IMG/VR virus record: IMGVR_UViG_3300042879_005846
Source: an uncultured virus (IMG/VR IMGVR_UViG_3300042879_005846)
Taxonomy: Duplodnaviria; Heunggongvirae; Uroviricota; Caudoviricetes
Reading direction: 5' to 3' (one strand)
DNA length: 64,000 bases
Positions 51,980 through 61,591 of this stretch are shown one piece after another. Each line of letters opens with the position of its first letter. The first letter of the stretch is position 1. The notes beneath the pieces were generated by a model. It did not search any database and was not told where the DNA came from. It saw only the letters and a list, made by a program, of their open reading frames with translations. Made by a program: the position numbers and the translations under genes.

Positions 51980-54900
51980 TTATTTCACAACGATGTTTCT
52001 GATATATGTTGACTCAGGTGTTTTAACCTTTACAACATACTGACCAGATACAGTTGGCTTCTTAACCACAGTACCAATTGATTTGGAAACTACTCTTCCA
52101 AGTAAATCACAAACCATAACTTCCATATTATTAGTTGTTTCTTCAACACTTATTACAAATTCATCACCAATGACTGGATTTGGATAAACCACCATCTTTG
52201 AAGACTTAACTAAATCATTAGCATTACTTACTGAGTTAGTAAAGATAAGTTCAAATCTATCATTGAATGTGCCAGTAGATGTTGTGAAAGTATAAGTATT
52301 CGAACTATTAATTTCACTAATAGTATTTGAGTAATTATCCTTTAAATATACTTGACCAGTGAAGTTCAAGAAGTTAAGACCATCAAATTGGAATCCAAGT
52401 GTAGCTTCTTGGTTTGTTGAAAAACCAAGATTAACTACTACTTGGTCACCTTCAAATGGCATTCCATTGATTGCAAATTTCTCATCACTAACTACTGTAT
52501 AAACATTCAAATCAGGATTTGTGAGCTTGGTAGCATCTAGCTCAATTTCATAACCAACTTGAGAACCTTCAACAAATTGAAGTAGACAAGCATCCAACTT
52601 TGAATTTTCATTCTTAATTCTGATTTCTAGTGCATTTTGTCCTTCTGTTGAAGTCCTAAAGAATGTTCCACTTGTAGCAGCTTTAGCAGTTTGTGGAATA
52701 GTCAATGTAGAAGCTGAAGTACACTTTACAAAGAAAGCTTGACCAGAAGCGATTGGTGTAATCCCACTGTTCAATGTAACACCAGTTAAACTACCAAGAG
52801 TTCCAGAATACTGATATTGCGAAGTTACTGGGTTCCAAATAACAACAACTTGTTGTACACCAGCTCCCCAAGAGAAACCAGATGTATTTACAGCAGAAAG
52901 GTGTGGATTCATAACCAAGTTCCAACCTGGATAAAGTGCTGATGGGTTATAATCCAATGAGATAGCACTTGGATTCATTGTATAAACACCAGTGTTATCC
53001 AATGTTTTAGATGTTGGGACACTTACCCTATAACCCTTATATTGAGTGATATTTGAAGTTACAGGTACAATCCACCCTTTAGTAGTTCCACCAACATATG
53101 GAATAACATCATTGTTATTCTGGTCATATTCAAAAATTGTAGATGTATTATACCCACCATTGAATAATCTAACACCTGGCATTGGTCCTTGTGTCCAAAT
53201 ATCATCATTCCAATCTGCGATTGTTTGACTTGAAAACACAGTTCCAGTGAAGTGCCACCCAGTATTTGCAACATATCTCTCAGATGTAATCTGACCAGTG
53301 ATAGTCCCAGATGAATTAGCAATTCTAGCAGTTCCTGAAGCATTTGATTTAAGTGTAATAACACCATTTGAGTTCAAACTACCAGATGTTACAGTAAGTG
53401 CACCATATACATCAACTTTAGATGTAGAAGCAAATGTCATAGATGTTCCTTGACCAGCAGTAATATCAGTAAGTAAATTCCCTACTTGAATATTACCACT
53501 CACCCCAGTTGAAACACCACAAGAATAACCACCAGTTGTGTTATTATTTCTGGCAAATAAAGTTCCACCAAGAATTAGATTACCATTAACTGTTAGTGTA
53601 CCACCTCTCTGACCAGTAGCAGCTCCATCAAAACCATCAAGAGCAAAGTCAGTAGTTGCATCAGGCATACTGAGTGTTTTACCCTCCATTACAGTGGTAT
53701 TCAATACCGAATTATCTACGTTTGTATAGATACCAGCGCCCCCAGTAAACCTTACATTAACATTACTGTTAATAAATAGATTTGTTTGTTGGTTGATAAC
53801 ACTGTTTTTCCTCATACGACCAATATCTGTTACACCATTACCTTTGATGAAAATAGTATTTCCTTCAAGACCAAAACAGATTGGGTTGTAAGTAGCACCA
53901 GTTCCAATAACACCATTGTTACTGATGTCGCCATAGACATTTAGGAACTTATTATCAGCAGTTGTTGTACCAGTTGCAATCAAAGTACCACCTTGATTAA
54001 CAATAAGTTCTCTACAAACAACAGCCGCCCCACTTGAAGAAAGTTGTACCGTATCACCATCTTGAATAACAAGACCCCTTGATGTATTCATACCACCAAG
54101 TGAAGCTAGTGTAGATGGTGTTCCTGTTGGAGAGAGTGACCAAATAGCATCAGAGTGAGAAAGACCAGTGCCCCTTGAGTAAATGTTTACAAGAGTTGGA
54201 GTAGCAGTTACCTCAACACCAGGACTATATTGACTACCAAATTTTACAAAAATCTTGAAGTAATATAGTTGGTTGAGTGTAAGACCAGTAATAACTTGTG
54301 GTGAAGCAATACCAGTGTAAACCACACGACCACCACCAATGAAACCAGGAGCAGCTGCGTAGTTAGTATTACCAAAGTATGTACCACTTGGAGTACCTGT
54401 GATTGAAGATGTGTGTGCTACAATAACAATTTGAGATACACAAGCTGGATTTATCCAAGAAAGTTGAACAGTTGGTTGTCCACTAACAGCAGCTGGTGAG
54501 GAAACATTATCCAATGTACCAGCATCAGTAGTAACAGTAGTACCAGCACTTGGAGTTCCATTTTTTACTGAAGCAGGATTACTATAAGTAATGTTTGTAA
54601 GTGATGTAGAGGTAATATTGATTGTATTACCAACAGATGCACAACCACTAACAGAGGCAACTACAAAAAGATACCTAGTTCCAATAGGAATGTTCTGTCC
54701 AAGACCAGTGAAAGCCAAAGTTTGACCAGATCCAGTACTAGTTGAAATTGTAGAAAGAACTGGGTCTGTAACATCATAACTACCATCAGTTGAAAGTACC
54801 AATCTGAAACTTGTGAAGTCAGTAGATGCATAAGAACCAGCAGTTTGTACAGTTACACCAGTTAAAAGAGCATTACCATCAGTAACATCTAATTGAACCC

Positions 54901-56998
54901 TATAGATAGGTTGAGAAGTTCCTTGAGGAGCACTTGAAACAGGAGTTGTAAAAGTGTGAGCGATTGTAGGTGTTGGTACATTTACAGGAGCAAATGATAC
55001 ACCTTTGAAAAGAACCTGTGTTGAAGCAGGTGATGTAATGATTGGTAAACCACAAGCAGCTGCAATATCAGTTCCTGAACTTGTGATGTTAGCAGTTACT
55101 GCTGAATTATCAGTGAACTTATAGATTTCATTAGCAGGTGATGTAGATGTACCTAGACAGATATAGAGAACTCTATTTCCACCTACAACTTGAACACCAA
55201 TACCATGTACAGTTCTACCAGTTGGATTTGGAAGATTTCCTCTTTTTGTCCAAACACCACCAGTATTTGAAAACTTAACAAGACCTTGGGTTGCTGTTAC
55301 GTTAGCATCAGCTACATACATAACATCAGGTGTTCCATTATCATCAACATCAGCAAAAACAAAACCTCTTGGGTCAAGTAGTTCTGTATTTGATGTAGTA
55401 CCACTCAAGATTACATGGGTGTTTCCAGTAGTTGTTGGAAGTCCAGAACCAACTGTTGAAATACCAATATTACCAGATTGAGCACTTGAGTAAAGTTGTG
55501 AGTTATAGATTGCGGTACCTCTAGTATTTACAGTAGTTGTAGAAACTTGAGTAGAAGTAGAAGCACCAAGTGCTACATACCTTGTACCACCACCAGTTCC
55601 AGCACCACCTGTCCAAAATGCAGTACCATCAACAGTAGCAGCTGAACGAATGGAGTTACCATCGTAACCATCAGAAATCCTAGTTGATGTATTGATTGTG
55701 CCATTTTGTGTAACTCTAGCTACAATCCTATTGGTTGAGGTCGCTGTAGTTGAACTGATACCAGATAAACCTGGGATGTTATCATATCCACCAAATGTGA
55801 GATATTGACCATCTGGTGAAAGGTTAAGGAAACCTTCTGTTGTAGAAGTACCACTCATAGTGAATTTCCTATTTGAACCACTTGTTACAAATGGCATTGG
55901 TATACTTTGTACTAAAGTACCTGTGGTGGTGTATTCATCAATGAACACAGGTGCTGAGTTTGTTGATAAAGCTGTACCACCAACTTCACCAACACGAAGT
56001 GTTAGGATATTACCAGCAGTAAAAGCAGAACCACCAGAGTAAATCTGACCACTCACAGCTCTTGAAATGGTTGGCGCTGGAGAAGATACAAAATCAACGT
56101 TTCCAGTATATGTACCAACTGGTGAAGAAGTAGTAAGTTTAGCAAAAACTGTAGTTGATGCTACTGTACCACCAGATTGGTTAAGTGTCAAACTGGATGA
56201 AAAAGGACCAGTTGATGAAGTCGAAAATTCGTAACCAGAAAGTGGACCAACTGTGATGTTATTAGTTAGGTTATTTCCACTCACTGATACTGATTGTACT
56301 TCTGAACCAAGACCAACATTTCCATAAAACTTAGCGTAAGTTCCAGTAACATTAACAGTTGGAACTGGAAGAATACCTGTGAGTGTTATATCATCAATCC
56401 TAGTTGATGCTGTTCCAGATTTCAACCATCTAATTTTCAATCCATTAATCTGTCCAGCAGCTGGTATGGATATTGCTGGTGATTGATACCAGGCAATACT
56501 AGCACTCGCAGCTTGACTGAAGGTAAATGGGATATTCACCCAAGTAGTACCATTCCAATAATCAACAGCCAGTGTAGGTAGAACTGTGCCACTCTCTTTC
56601 CTATATCCAAATTGAAGAGATAAAGAGGTATAGGCAGAAGCATTAATGCCATCAATAGCGAATCCATATTGACCACTGGTTGAGGTAAAAAATACATTAG
56701 CACCACCAGATGCACCTGTGTAACCAGAGGAAACACTAGTTGCTCTTAGGTCAGCGGGATTTGTTGCCCCACCACTATTCATGAATAGAGCAGTATTGAC
56801 GAAACCGTTAGCTGTTTCATGAGCGGCAATAGTAGTTGTACCACCAACTGTACCCATGGTTTCTTGTGTAATAACAGGAGACTGCCCAAACACAGTATGG
56901 GCACAAAAAAGTCCTGAGATCAGGACAGCGCAGAAAAGGGACAATACGTTACTAAATCCTGTTCGGATATTAGTAAAAAGATTGTAAAGGTTTGACAT
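51980..56998 (-). CDS. Large secreted protein with T9SS type-A C-terminal sorting domain
   Basis: N-terminal signal peptide and Thr/Gly/Ser-rich beta domains; C-terminal VYPNPV...VCDLLGRVV...SGQYVVKV...RNIVVK. Confidence 0.85.
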   Translation of the reverse strand: MSNLYNLFTNIRTGFSNVLSLFCAVLISGLFCAHTVFGQSPVITQETMGTVGGTTTIAAHETANGFVNTALFMNSGGATNPADLRATSVSSGYTGASGGANVFFTSTSGQYGFAIDGINASAYTSLSLQFGYRKESGTVLPTLAVDYWNGTTWVNIPFTFSQAASASIAWYQSPAISIPAAGQINGLKIRWLKSGTASTRIDDITLTGILPVPTVNVTGTYAKFYGNVGLGSEVQSVSVSGNNLTNNITVGPLSGYEFSTSSTGPFSSSLTLNQSGGTVASTTVFAKLTTSSPVGTYTGNVDFVSSPAPTISRAVSGQIYSGGSAFTAGNILTLRVGEVGGTALSTNSAPVFIDEYTTTGTLVQSIPMPFVTSGSNRKFTMSGTSTTEGFLNLSPDGQYLTFGGYDNIPGLSGISSTTATSTNRIVARVTQNGTINTSTRISDGYDGNSIRSAATVDGTAFWTGGAGTGGGTRYVALGASTSTQVSTTTVNTRGTAIYNSQLYSSAQSGNIGISTVGSGLPTTTGNTHVILSGTTSNTELLDPRGFVFADVDDNGTPDVMYVADANVTATQGLVKFSNTGGVWTKRGNLPNPTGRTVHGIGVQVVGGNRVLYICLGTSTSPANEIYKFTDNSAVTANITSSGTDIAAACGLPIITSPASTQVLFKGVSFAPVNVPTPTIAHTFTTPVSSAPQGTSQPIYRVQLDVTDGNALLTGVTVQTAGSYASTDFTSFRLVLSTDGSYDVTDPVLSTISTSTGSGQTLAFTGLGQNIPIGTRYLFVVASVSGCASVGNTINITSTSLTNITYSNPASVKNGTPSAGTTVTTDAGTLDNVSSPAAVSGQPTVQLSWINPACVSQIVIVAHTSSITGTPSGTYFGNTNYAAAPGFIGGGRVVYTGIASPQVITGLTLNQLYYFKIFVKFGSQYSPGVEVTATPTLVNIYSRGTGLSHSDAIWSLSPTGTPSTLASLGGMNTSRGLVIQDGDTVQLSSSGAAVVCRELIVNQGGTLIATGTTTADNKFLNVYGDISNNGVIGTGATYNPICFGLEGNTIFIKGNGVTDIGRMRKNSVINQQTNLFINSNVNVRFTGGAGIYTNVDNSVLNTTVMEGKTLSMPDATTDFALDGFDGAATGQRGGTLTVNGNLILGGTLFARNNNTTGGYSCGVSTGVSGNIQVGNLLTDITAGQGTSMTFASTSKVDVYGALTVTSGSLNSNGVITLKSNASGTARIANSSGTITGQITSERYVANTGWHFTGTVFSSQTIADWNDDIWTQGPMPGVRLFNGGYNTSTIFEYDQNNNDVIPYVGGTTKGWIVPVTSNITQYKGYRVSVPTSKTLDNTGVYTMNPSAISLDYNPSALYPGWNLVMNPHLSAVNTSGFSWGAGVQQVVVIWNPVTSQYQYSGTLGSLTGVTLNSGITPIASGQAFFVKCTSASTLTIPQTAKAATSGTFFRTSTEGQNALEIRIKNENSKLDACLLQFVEGSQVGYEIELDATKLTNPDLNVYTVVSDEKFAINGMPFEGDQVVVNLGFSTNQEATLGFQFDGLNFLNFTGQVYLKDNYSNTISEINSSNTYTFTTSTGTFNDRFELIFTNSVSNANDLVKSSKMVVYPNPVIGDEFVISVEETTNNMEVMVCDLLGRVVSKSIGTVVKKPTVSGQYVVKVKTPESTYIRNIVVK

Positions 56999-57269
56999 AA
57001 AGTTTTCTTTTTTTTGTTTTACTAATTTTTTTGTGATGTTTTTTACTAATTCAACGATTTCAAACTCACTTAAACAATCATCAAATGATGAATTTATGTT
57101 AAATTTTCACACCACTAAAAATTTAACAAAGGCTTCAGTCAAGCCCACAATATATATCGGTCACCAAAAGTTTAGTTTAGCCAAAATTTATAAGAATTTA
57201 ACCATTTTTTTTCCTTGAAATCCTTGTGACTATTGGATTTGGTTGGATTGTAAAAATAAAAAAATAATT

Positions 57270-57533
57270 TTATAAATTTAATAGTTTAGTTTTCATTACT
57301 TCTTTGAAGACTCTTTCAAGTTTATAATTATCAACTGACTGGTCTCTGTACACACCATCTACACGGTTAAACACATCAAATTTACCAATATAAGCAACTT
57401 CTACATTGTGTAGAGTTTCACCAACTTGGTTGTGGTAAGTATTATGAGACTTCCAAGTTTTTATAGCCTCAACAGTATAACCTTCTTTTTTTAGAAAGTC
57501 AGACATCTCTTCTTTTGTAAAATAGAGCTCCAT
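57270..57533 (-). CDS. Hypothetical protein
   Basis: 87-aa ORF. Confidence 0.65.
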   Translation of the reverse strand: MELYFTKEEMSDFLKKEGYTVEAIKTWKSHNTYHNQVGETLHNVEVAYIGKFDVFNRVDGVYRDQSVDNYKLERVFKEVMKTKLLNL

Positions 57534-57545
57534 AGTATTATTTAT

Positions 57546-57683
57546 TTATTTAAAAATAGAAAGTGAAATTATAAAAAATATGCCAATAATAAATGATATA
57601 AATATTAACCCAAAAAAGACAGCACAACCCATAACAGAGGACATAATAAAATCACCTATTAAATTTCTTTTTTCTTCATTCAT
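57546..57683 (-). CDS. 45-aa membrane peptide (not in the ORF track)
   Basis: MNEEKRNLIGDFIMSSVMGCAVFFGLIFISFIIGIFFIISLSIFK; TATCTTTG-TATT-ATG upstream. Confidence 0.55.
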   Translation of the reverse strand: MNEEKRNLIGDFIMSSVMGCAVFFGLIFISFIIGIFFIISLSIFK

Positions 57684-57729
57684 AATACAAAGATATAGCA
57701 AAATTCTTTAAAGTTAAATTTTTTTTAAC

Positions 57730-57762
57730 AAAAAAAAACCCAACTGATCAAGTTGGGTTTTT
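57730..57762 (-). terminator. Intrinsic terminator ending the ncRNA candidate
   Basis: aaaaaaaaacccaact-gatca-agttgggttttt. Confidence 0.85.
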
Positions 57763-57794
57763 GGTTAATTAAAAGTTGAGATTGATTTAATCAA

Positions 57795-58077
57795 GATTGC
57801 GGCCTCAACACCACCAATCTCTAACTTCGACCATTCCAAATCCGCATATTTGGAAAAATCTACACCTTATTGTGTGTGTGATACCTCAGGTGTGGAAGGT
57901 ATCAGACCCTGCGGGTGACAGGTTTATTGACCCACAACATCTGCTAAATGTTGCTCCAAGTTTCATCCATAATAGCAGTTATGGACTTATCTGGACTCTT
58001 TGATTTATTCTTGGTTCCTAACATAAATCAAGTTAGATCCTTTCAGATAGTCGGCTCAAGGCAGCTCCTTTAGGACA
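57795..58077 (-). ncRNA. Candidate structured non-coding RNA (~280 nt), family unassigned
   Basis: GC-richer intergenic block with at least five hairpins and long-range closing stems. Flanked by a promoter (58081-58088) and a terminator. G-U pairs favour the minus strand. Confidence 0.7.
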
Positions 58078-58080
58078 ATA

Positions 58081-58088
58081 CAAAGGTA
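58081..58088 (-). promoter_or_regulatory. Bacteroidota-type -7 element for the ncRNA candidate
   Basis: TACCTTTG-TATTGTC, the same downstream context as the tRNA promoter. Confidence 0.7.
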
Positions 58089-58098
58089 AGGCGTTTTT

Positions 58099-58416
58099 TT
58101 AAGACTCCAAAATATTTTTCAATTTTTTTTCTCTTAAATAATGAATCATTCTTTCTTCAGCCCATAAGAATAACTTTAGTCTTGGAACTGAGTACTTTTC
58201 ACCCCATCTTGAATGGTTCATATAACCTTTTAACTCCTTGATAGTTGTTTGGACTGAATCTAAATCATGGAAAAAATTACCAGAAGAACCATAATACAAA
58301 AAAACTACCTTAGTATCATTTTCTAATATCTTGTGTCCATAAACCTCTGGATCATATTCATCTAATATGAAATAATCATTCTTAGAAAGGTCTGTGAATA
58401 TTTTGAGTTGAGACAT
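58099..58416 (-). CDS. Hypothetical protein
   Basis: 105-aa ORF; ends REKKLKNILES. Confidence 0.65.
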   Translation of the reverse strand: MSQLKIFTDLSKNDYFILDEYDPEVYGHKILENDTKVVFLYYGSSGNFFHDLDSVQTTIKELKGYMNHSRWGEKYSVPRLKLFLWAEERMIHYLREKKLKNILES

Positions 58417-58432
58417 AGTAATATATACTTAT

Positions 58433-58957
58433 ATGAAATTCATTAAAAGTTATAAAATTTTTGAATCGGATGCTACCTTTATGTATGACCCAAAATGGGA
58501 AGAGGTTTTACCAGTTTATATAAAAGTAATCAAAGGTGACCCTAAGCATCCACTCAGGTTAGTTTATAAAAAAGGGATTTCAAGACATTTAGGACCAGAA
58601 ATACAAATTCCATATGAAACTGTGGATAAAAGTGGTGGTAGGGAGAATCCCGATACACTTGAATTTGATATTTATTGGTCCTTTGATGATAATACAAAAA
58701 GTTTGGATATAAATGTAGAAGTAAATTATGGAGATTTAACAGCATGTCAGTTCTCCATAGAAACTCCAAATAAAGTGGATGTCATAGTATATACTTCATT
58801 ACACTCAAAAGATGATCCCTCAAACACAGTTTTTGCACTTGATGATGAAAGTTTGCAGTCTTTTTGTAATTACATCAATAGATGGGATCACGAATTTAAT
58901 CTAAACAGAGAAGATTTGAAATTTATGGATAAGTATGATAATTACTTACCCACTTGA
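58433..58957 (+). CDS. Hypothetical protein (MKFIKSYKIFES N-terminus)
   Basis: 174-aa ORF. Confidence 0.7.
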   Translation: MKFIKSYKIFESDATFMYDPKWEEVLPVYIKVIKGDPKHPLRLVYKKGISRHLGPEIQIPYETVDKSGGRENPDTLEFDIYWSFDDNTKSLDINVEVNYGDLTACQFSIETPNKVDVIVYTSLHSKDDPSNTVFALDDESLQSFCNYINRWDHEFNLNREDLKFMDKYDNYLPT

Positions 58958-60190
58958 TTTATCCCAAGTTTCAATTCCAAGAATGTGATAAACCTTATCT
59001 TTTACATCCTCTTGCACAACCCTCCTTATTGAAAGTTCCATGAGTAACAATTCCATTTCATCTTCTAAATTATGGTCTTTCAAGTCATAATTCTCCATAA
59101 TAGATATGGCAACAAAAGGATCTTTGGAAAATTTGCTAAGTATTGTCTCAAATGATTTTAGTTGATTTGAGAGACTAAGACCTTTAAGGTTTCTATTAGT
59201 GTTGGGAGCGTGTACTACTAGTCTATGAAGTTTATCTATAACTTCATCAGATGGTTCAATATCCAAATAATCTTTTAATGACATAGAAGAATCCATTATA
59301 GGATGTAACTTAAACCACAATTTTTCATTAGTTTCATTATTAAGGATGTTTCTAACATAAAAAAGGAAATCCTTTGATAAAAAAACACCAGTAATCTCTC
59401 CTTTTATGATATCAAGTTCAATGTTCTTGGGTTCTAATGTCCAAATTAAGTCATGTACCCCCAGATTATTCCTTAAATATTCCTCTATTTCTTCATCACG
59501 TACCAATTTGAAATACCTATTCAATTCAAACTCATACCTTTTGTACATATTAGCGTATCTTTCTTTGAATCTGAACTTTTGTGAGTCCATAAACTTGATG
59601 TTTTGCATTGCATAACAAATTATATCAAGTTCTATCTTTGGCAGAGTGGCTCCAAGATCATTTTTCTTTTTAACTAACCTCATGGCTGAGTGTGCTGGTG
59701 AAGTTAGATTTGTTAGTCTTAATTCTTCAGTTTCTAAAAACAGTTCAAAATCTTTAGACCAAATGAATTTATCATTTTTTATATCATAACCCAATTGACA
59801 ACAATTGATATCAAAAGATTCAAGTACAATACTTGGATCCTCAGTAGAAGACTTATATTCAATAATATTAAAAATACCATTTACTGAAACCTTTTCAATT
59901 GTATACCAACCCCTTTGCTGGTATCCAACATTTAATCCAGTATAATCTTCATAAACCCACTTCACATTTTTGGTAAAGTGTTGCTTTTCTTTCATTTCCC
60001 TTGTTGATATTGATTTTTTTACCTCTGATAAATGATAAATATCCAAATCATTTATTGGAGCTTCCTTACCTTTGAGTATATTCCAAGCCACATTTGCAAT
60101 AGACCCACCAGCTAGGAAACCAGTTGTTGGTAATTCCCATTTTGACTTTATTTGGTCAAGTGCTTGTCTAAAAATTTTATTGTATTCCAT
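58946..60190 (-). CDS. Nucleotidyltransferase-like protein (CCA-adding/poly(A) polymerase head-like)
   Basis: FLAGGSIAN...INDLDIY and ESFDINCCQLGYD. Confidence 0.65.
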   Translation of the reverse strand: MEYNKIFRQALDQIKSKWELPTTGFLAGGSIANVAWNILKGKEAPINDLDIYHLSEVKKSISTREMKEKQHFTKNVKWVYEDYTGLNVGYQQRGWYTIEKVSVNGIFNIIEYKSSTEDPSIVLESFDINCCQLGYDIKNDKFIWSKDFELFLETEELRLTNLTSPAHSAMRLVKKKNDLGATLPKIELDIICYAMQNIKFMDSQKFRFKERYANMYKRYEFELNRYFKLVRDEEIEEYLRNNLGVHDLIWTLEPKNIELDIIKGEITGVFLSKDFLFYVRNILNNETNEKLWFKLHPIMDSSMSLKDYLDIEPSDEVIDKLHRLVVHAPNTNRNLKGLSLSNQLKSFETILSKFSKDPFVAISIMENYDLKDHNLEDEMELLLMELSIRRVVQEDVKDKVYHILGIETWDKSSG

Positions 60191-60270
60191 AATGAAAATA
60201 TTTTTACAAAAGTATTAAAAAAATTACAAAAAACAAAGATTTTCACCAATAATCTCAATATATACACCAT

Positions 60271-60435
60271 ATGAAAACTAATGATAAAAAATTAAATAAT
60301 GGTATGAAAATATTGGGCGCAAGTTTACTTTTTTTGGCCATACCTGGTTCTGCTATTGCTTTACCATGGATTATTTGGAATTATAGGAAAAAGTTAAAAA
60401 AAGAACCGTCAGAAGATACAGTTCTTGGAATATAA
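60271..60435 (+). CDS. 54-aa membrane peptide (not in the ORF track)
   Basis: MKTNDKKLNNGMKILGASLLFLAIPGSAIALPWIIWNYRKK...; AATATATA upstream. Confidence 0.55.
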   Translation: MKTNDKKLNNGMKILGASLLFLAIPGSAIALPWIIWNYRKKLKKEPSEDTVLGI

Positions 60436-60510
60436 AACCTAAAATTTGGACTAATAATTTAAACTTGTAAATATTATTATTATAAAAAGTAATAAATCTA
60501 ATTTAAAATT

Positions 60511-60981
60511 ATGAAGACTACTCAAGAATGGTTTAACCTATTGAAAGACGAGCACAAAGACAAAGCCTTAAAAAACATGAAAAATGCAAAAACTGAACAT
60601 TATAGTTTAGCTGGAGCTATTTCCAATGGATTTACTTGGGAAGAAACACCAGAGGGTAAAGACTATTGGAATAAAGTTTTTAGGGAAGTTATGTATGGTG
60701 AAAAATTTGAACAAGGAATTGAAGTTAAGAAACAAACTGAACCAATTCAAACACCAAAAAATGAACCACAAACTCAACCTACTATTCAGTATGTTTCACA
60801 AAATCAAATACAATCATCTACTAATCAAGTAGAAGAATTAATTGATGAAAATAAATCAGATAATCTTTTTGAACAATACAAGAAAGAAACATCAAATCCA
60901 GTAGATAATGTTGTTGAAGATGGAGAACCTGATAACCTATTCAAACAGTATAAATTAGAACAAGAAAATTATTCAAAATAA
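60511..60981 (+). CDS. Hypothetical protein
   Basis: 156 aa; FTWEETPEGKDYW motif and duplicated DNLF(E/K)QYK. Confidence 0.7.
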   Translation: MKTTQEWFNLLKDEHKDKALKNMKNAKTEHYSLAGAISNGFTWEETPEGKDYWNKVFREVMYGEKFEQGIEVKKQTEPIQTPKNEPQTQPTIQYVSQNQIQSSTNQVEELIDENKSDNLFEQYKKETSNPVDNVVEDGEPDNLFKQYKLEQENYSK

Positions 60982-61019
60982 TTTTCAAACTTTTTTTTCA
61001 CAAAACACTATATAAAATT

Positions 61020-61346
61020 ATGTTTTACTTTTTAATTTATACATGTATCCTTATACTTTTGAACTCACTCTGGTCACTTAAAAACTTTAGTAAAATTCAA
61101 AAGGTTTATAATAATTTGAAATTCTATAGGTTCAAAACTCATGGAAGTTTGATTATAGCTAATGAGGGTAGTAAAGATGAGTTTGTGGTTGTTAATGACT
61201 GGAACTTCAGACTACCCAATGACCAAAATTTACACTTTGACATATGGACATTGGTTGATTTTCATCGATTATATTGGTTAATAAAATTCCACAACCAGTT
61301 TAACAAAGATAAGACAGATACTGGATCTCATATCTTATTTTTTTGA
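61020..61346 (+). CDS. Hypothetical membrane-anchored protein
   Basis: 108-aa ORF with N-terminal TM. Confidence 0.55.
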   Translation: MFYFLIYTCILILLNSLWSLKNFSKIQKVYNNLKFYRFKTHGSLIIANEGSKDEFVVVNDWNFRLPNDQNLHFDIWTLVDFHRLYWLIKFHNQFNKDKTDTGSHILFF

Positions 61347-61541
61347 TTCTGAACTCTTTATTATTTCATTCATTTTATAGGAAACTAAATTGGTCAAAGA
61401 TTCTATCCTCTGATTGAGTTTCTTATTTTCTTGCATCAACTGCATATAGATATATAAACTTAAGAGTATCAAAATCAATGGTAGTAGTTTACTTAACATT
61501 GACAAAATGCTTTCAAAAAATTTTCTCATAATGTAAATCAA
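61335..61541 (-). CDS. Small TM plus coiled-coil protein
   Basis: 68-aa ORF. Confidence 0.5.
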   Translation of the reverse strand: MIYIMRKFFESILSMLSKLLPLILILLSLYIYMQLMQENKKLNQRIESLTNLVSYKMNEIIKSSESKK

Positions 61542-61591
61542 TCCTTTATATAACTATATATTATGTTATAATACACTAATGATATATATTA

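Noticed and set aside
57797..58003. 68-aa plus-strand ORF
   Set aside because: It has a TTG start, atypical composition, and lies antisense to the structured RNA candidate.
57984..58055. GACUA...AGAUAAGUCC in the ncRNA as group I intron P7 (R/S elements)
   Set aside because: The G-binding-site geometry does not fit, no P4-P6 domain precedes it, and no interrupted gene flanks it. A covariance-model search would settle it.
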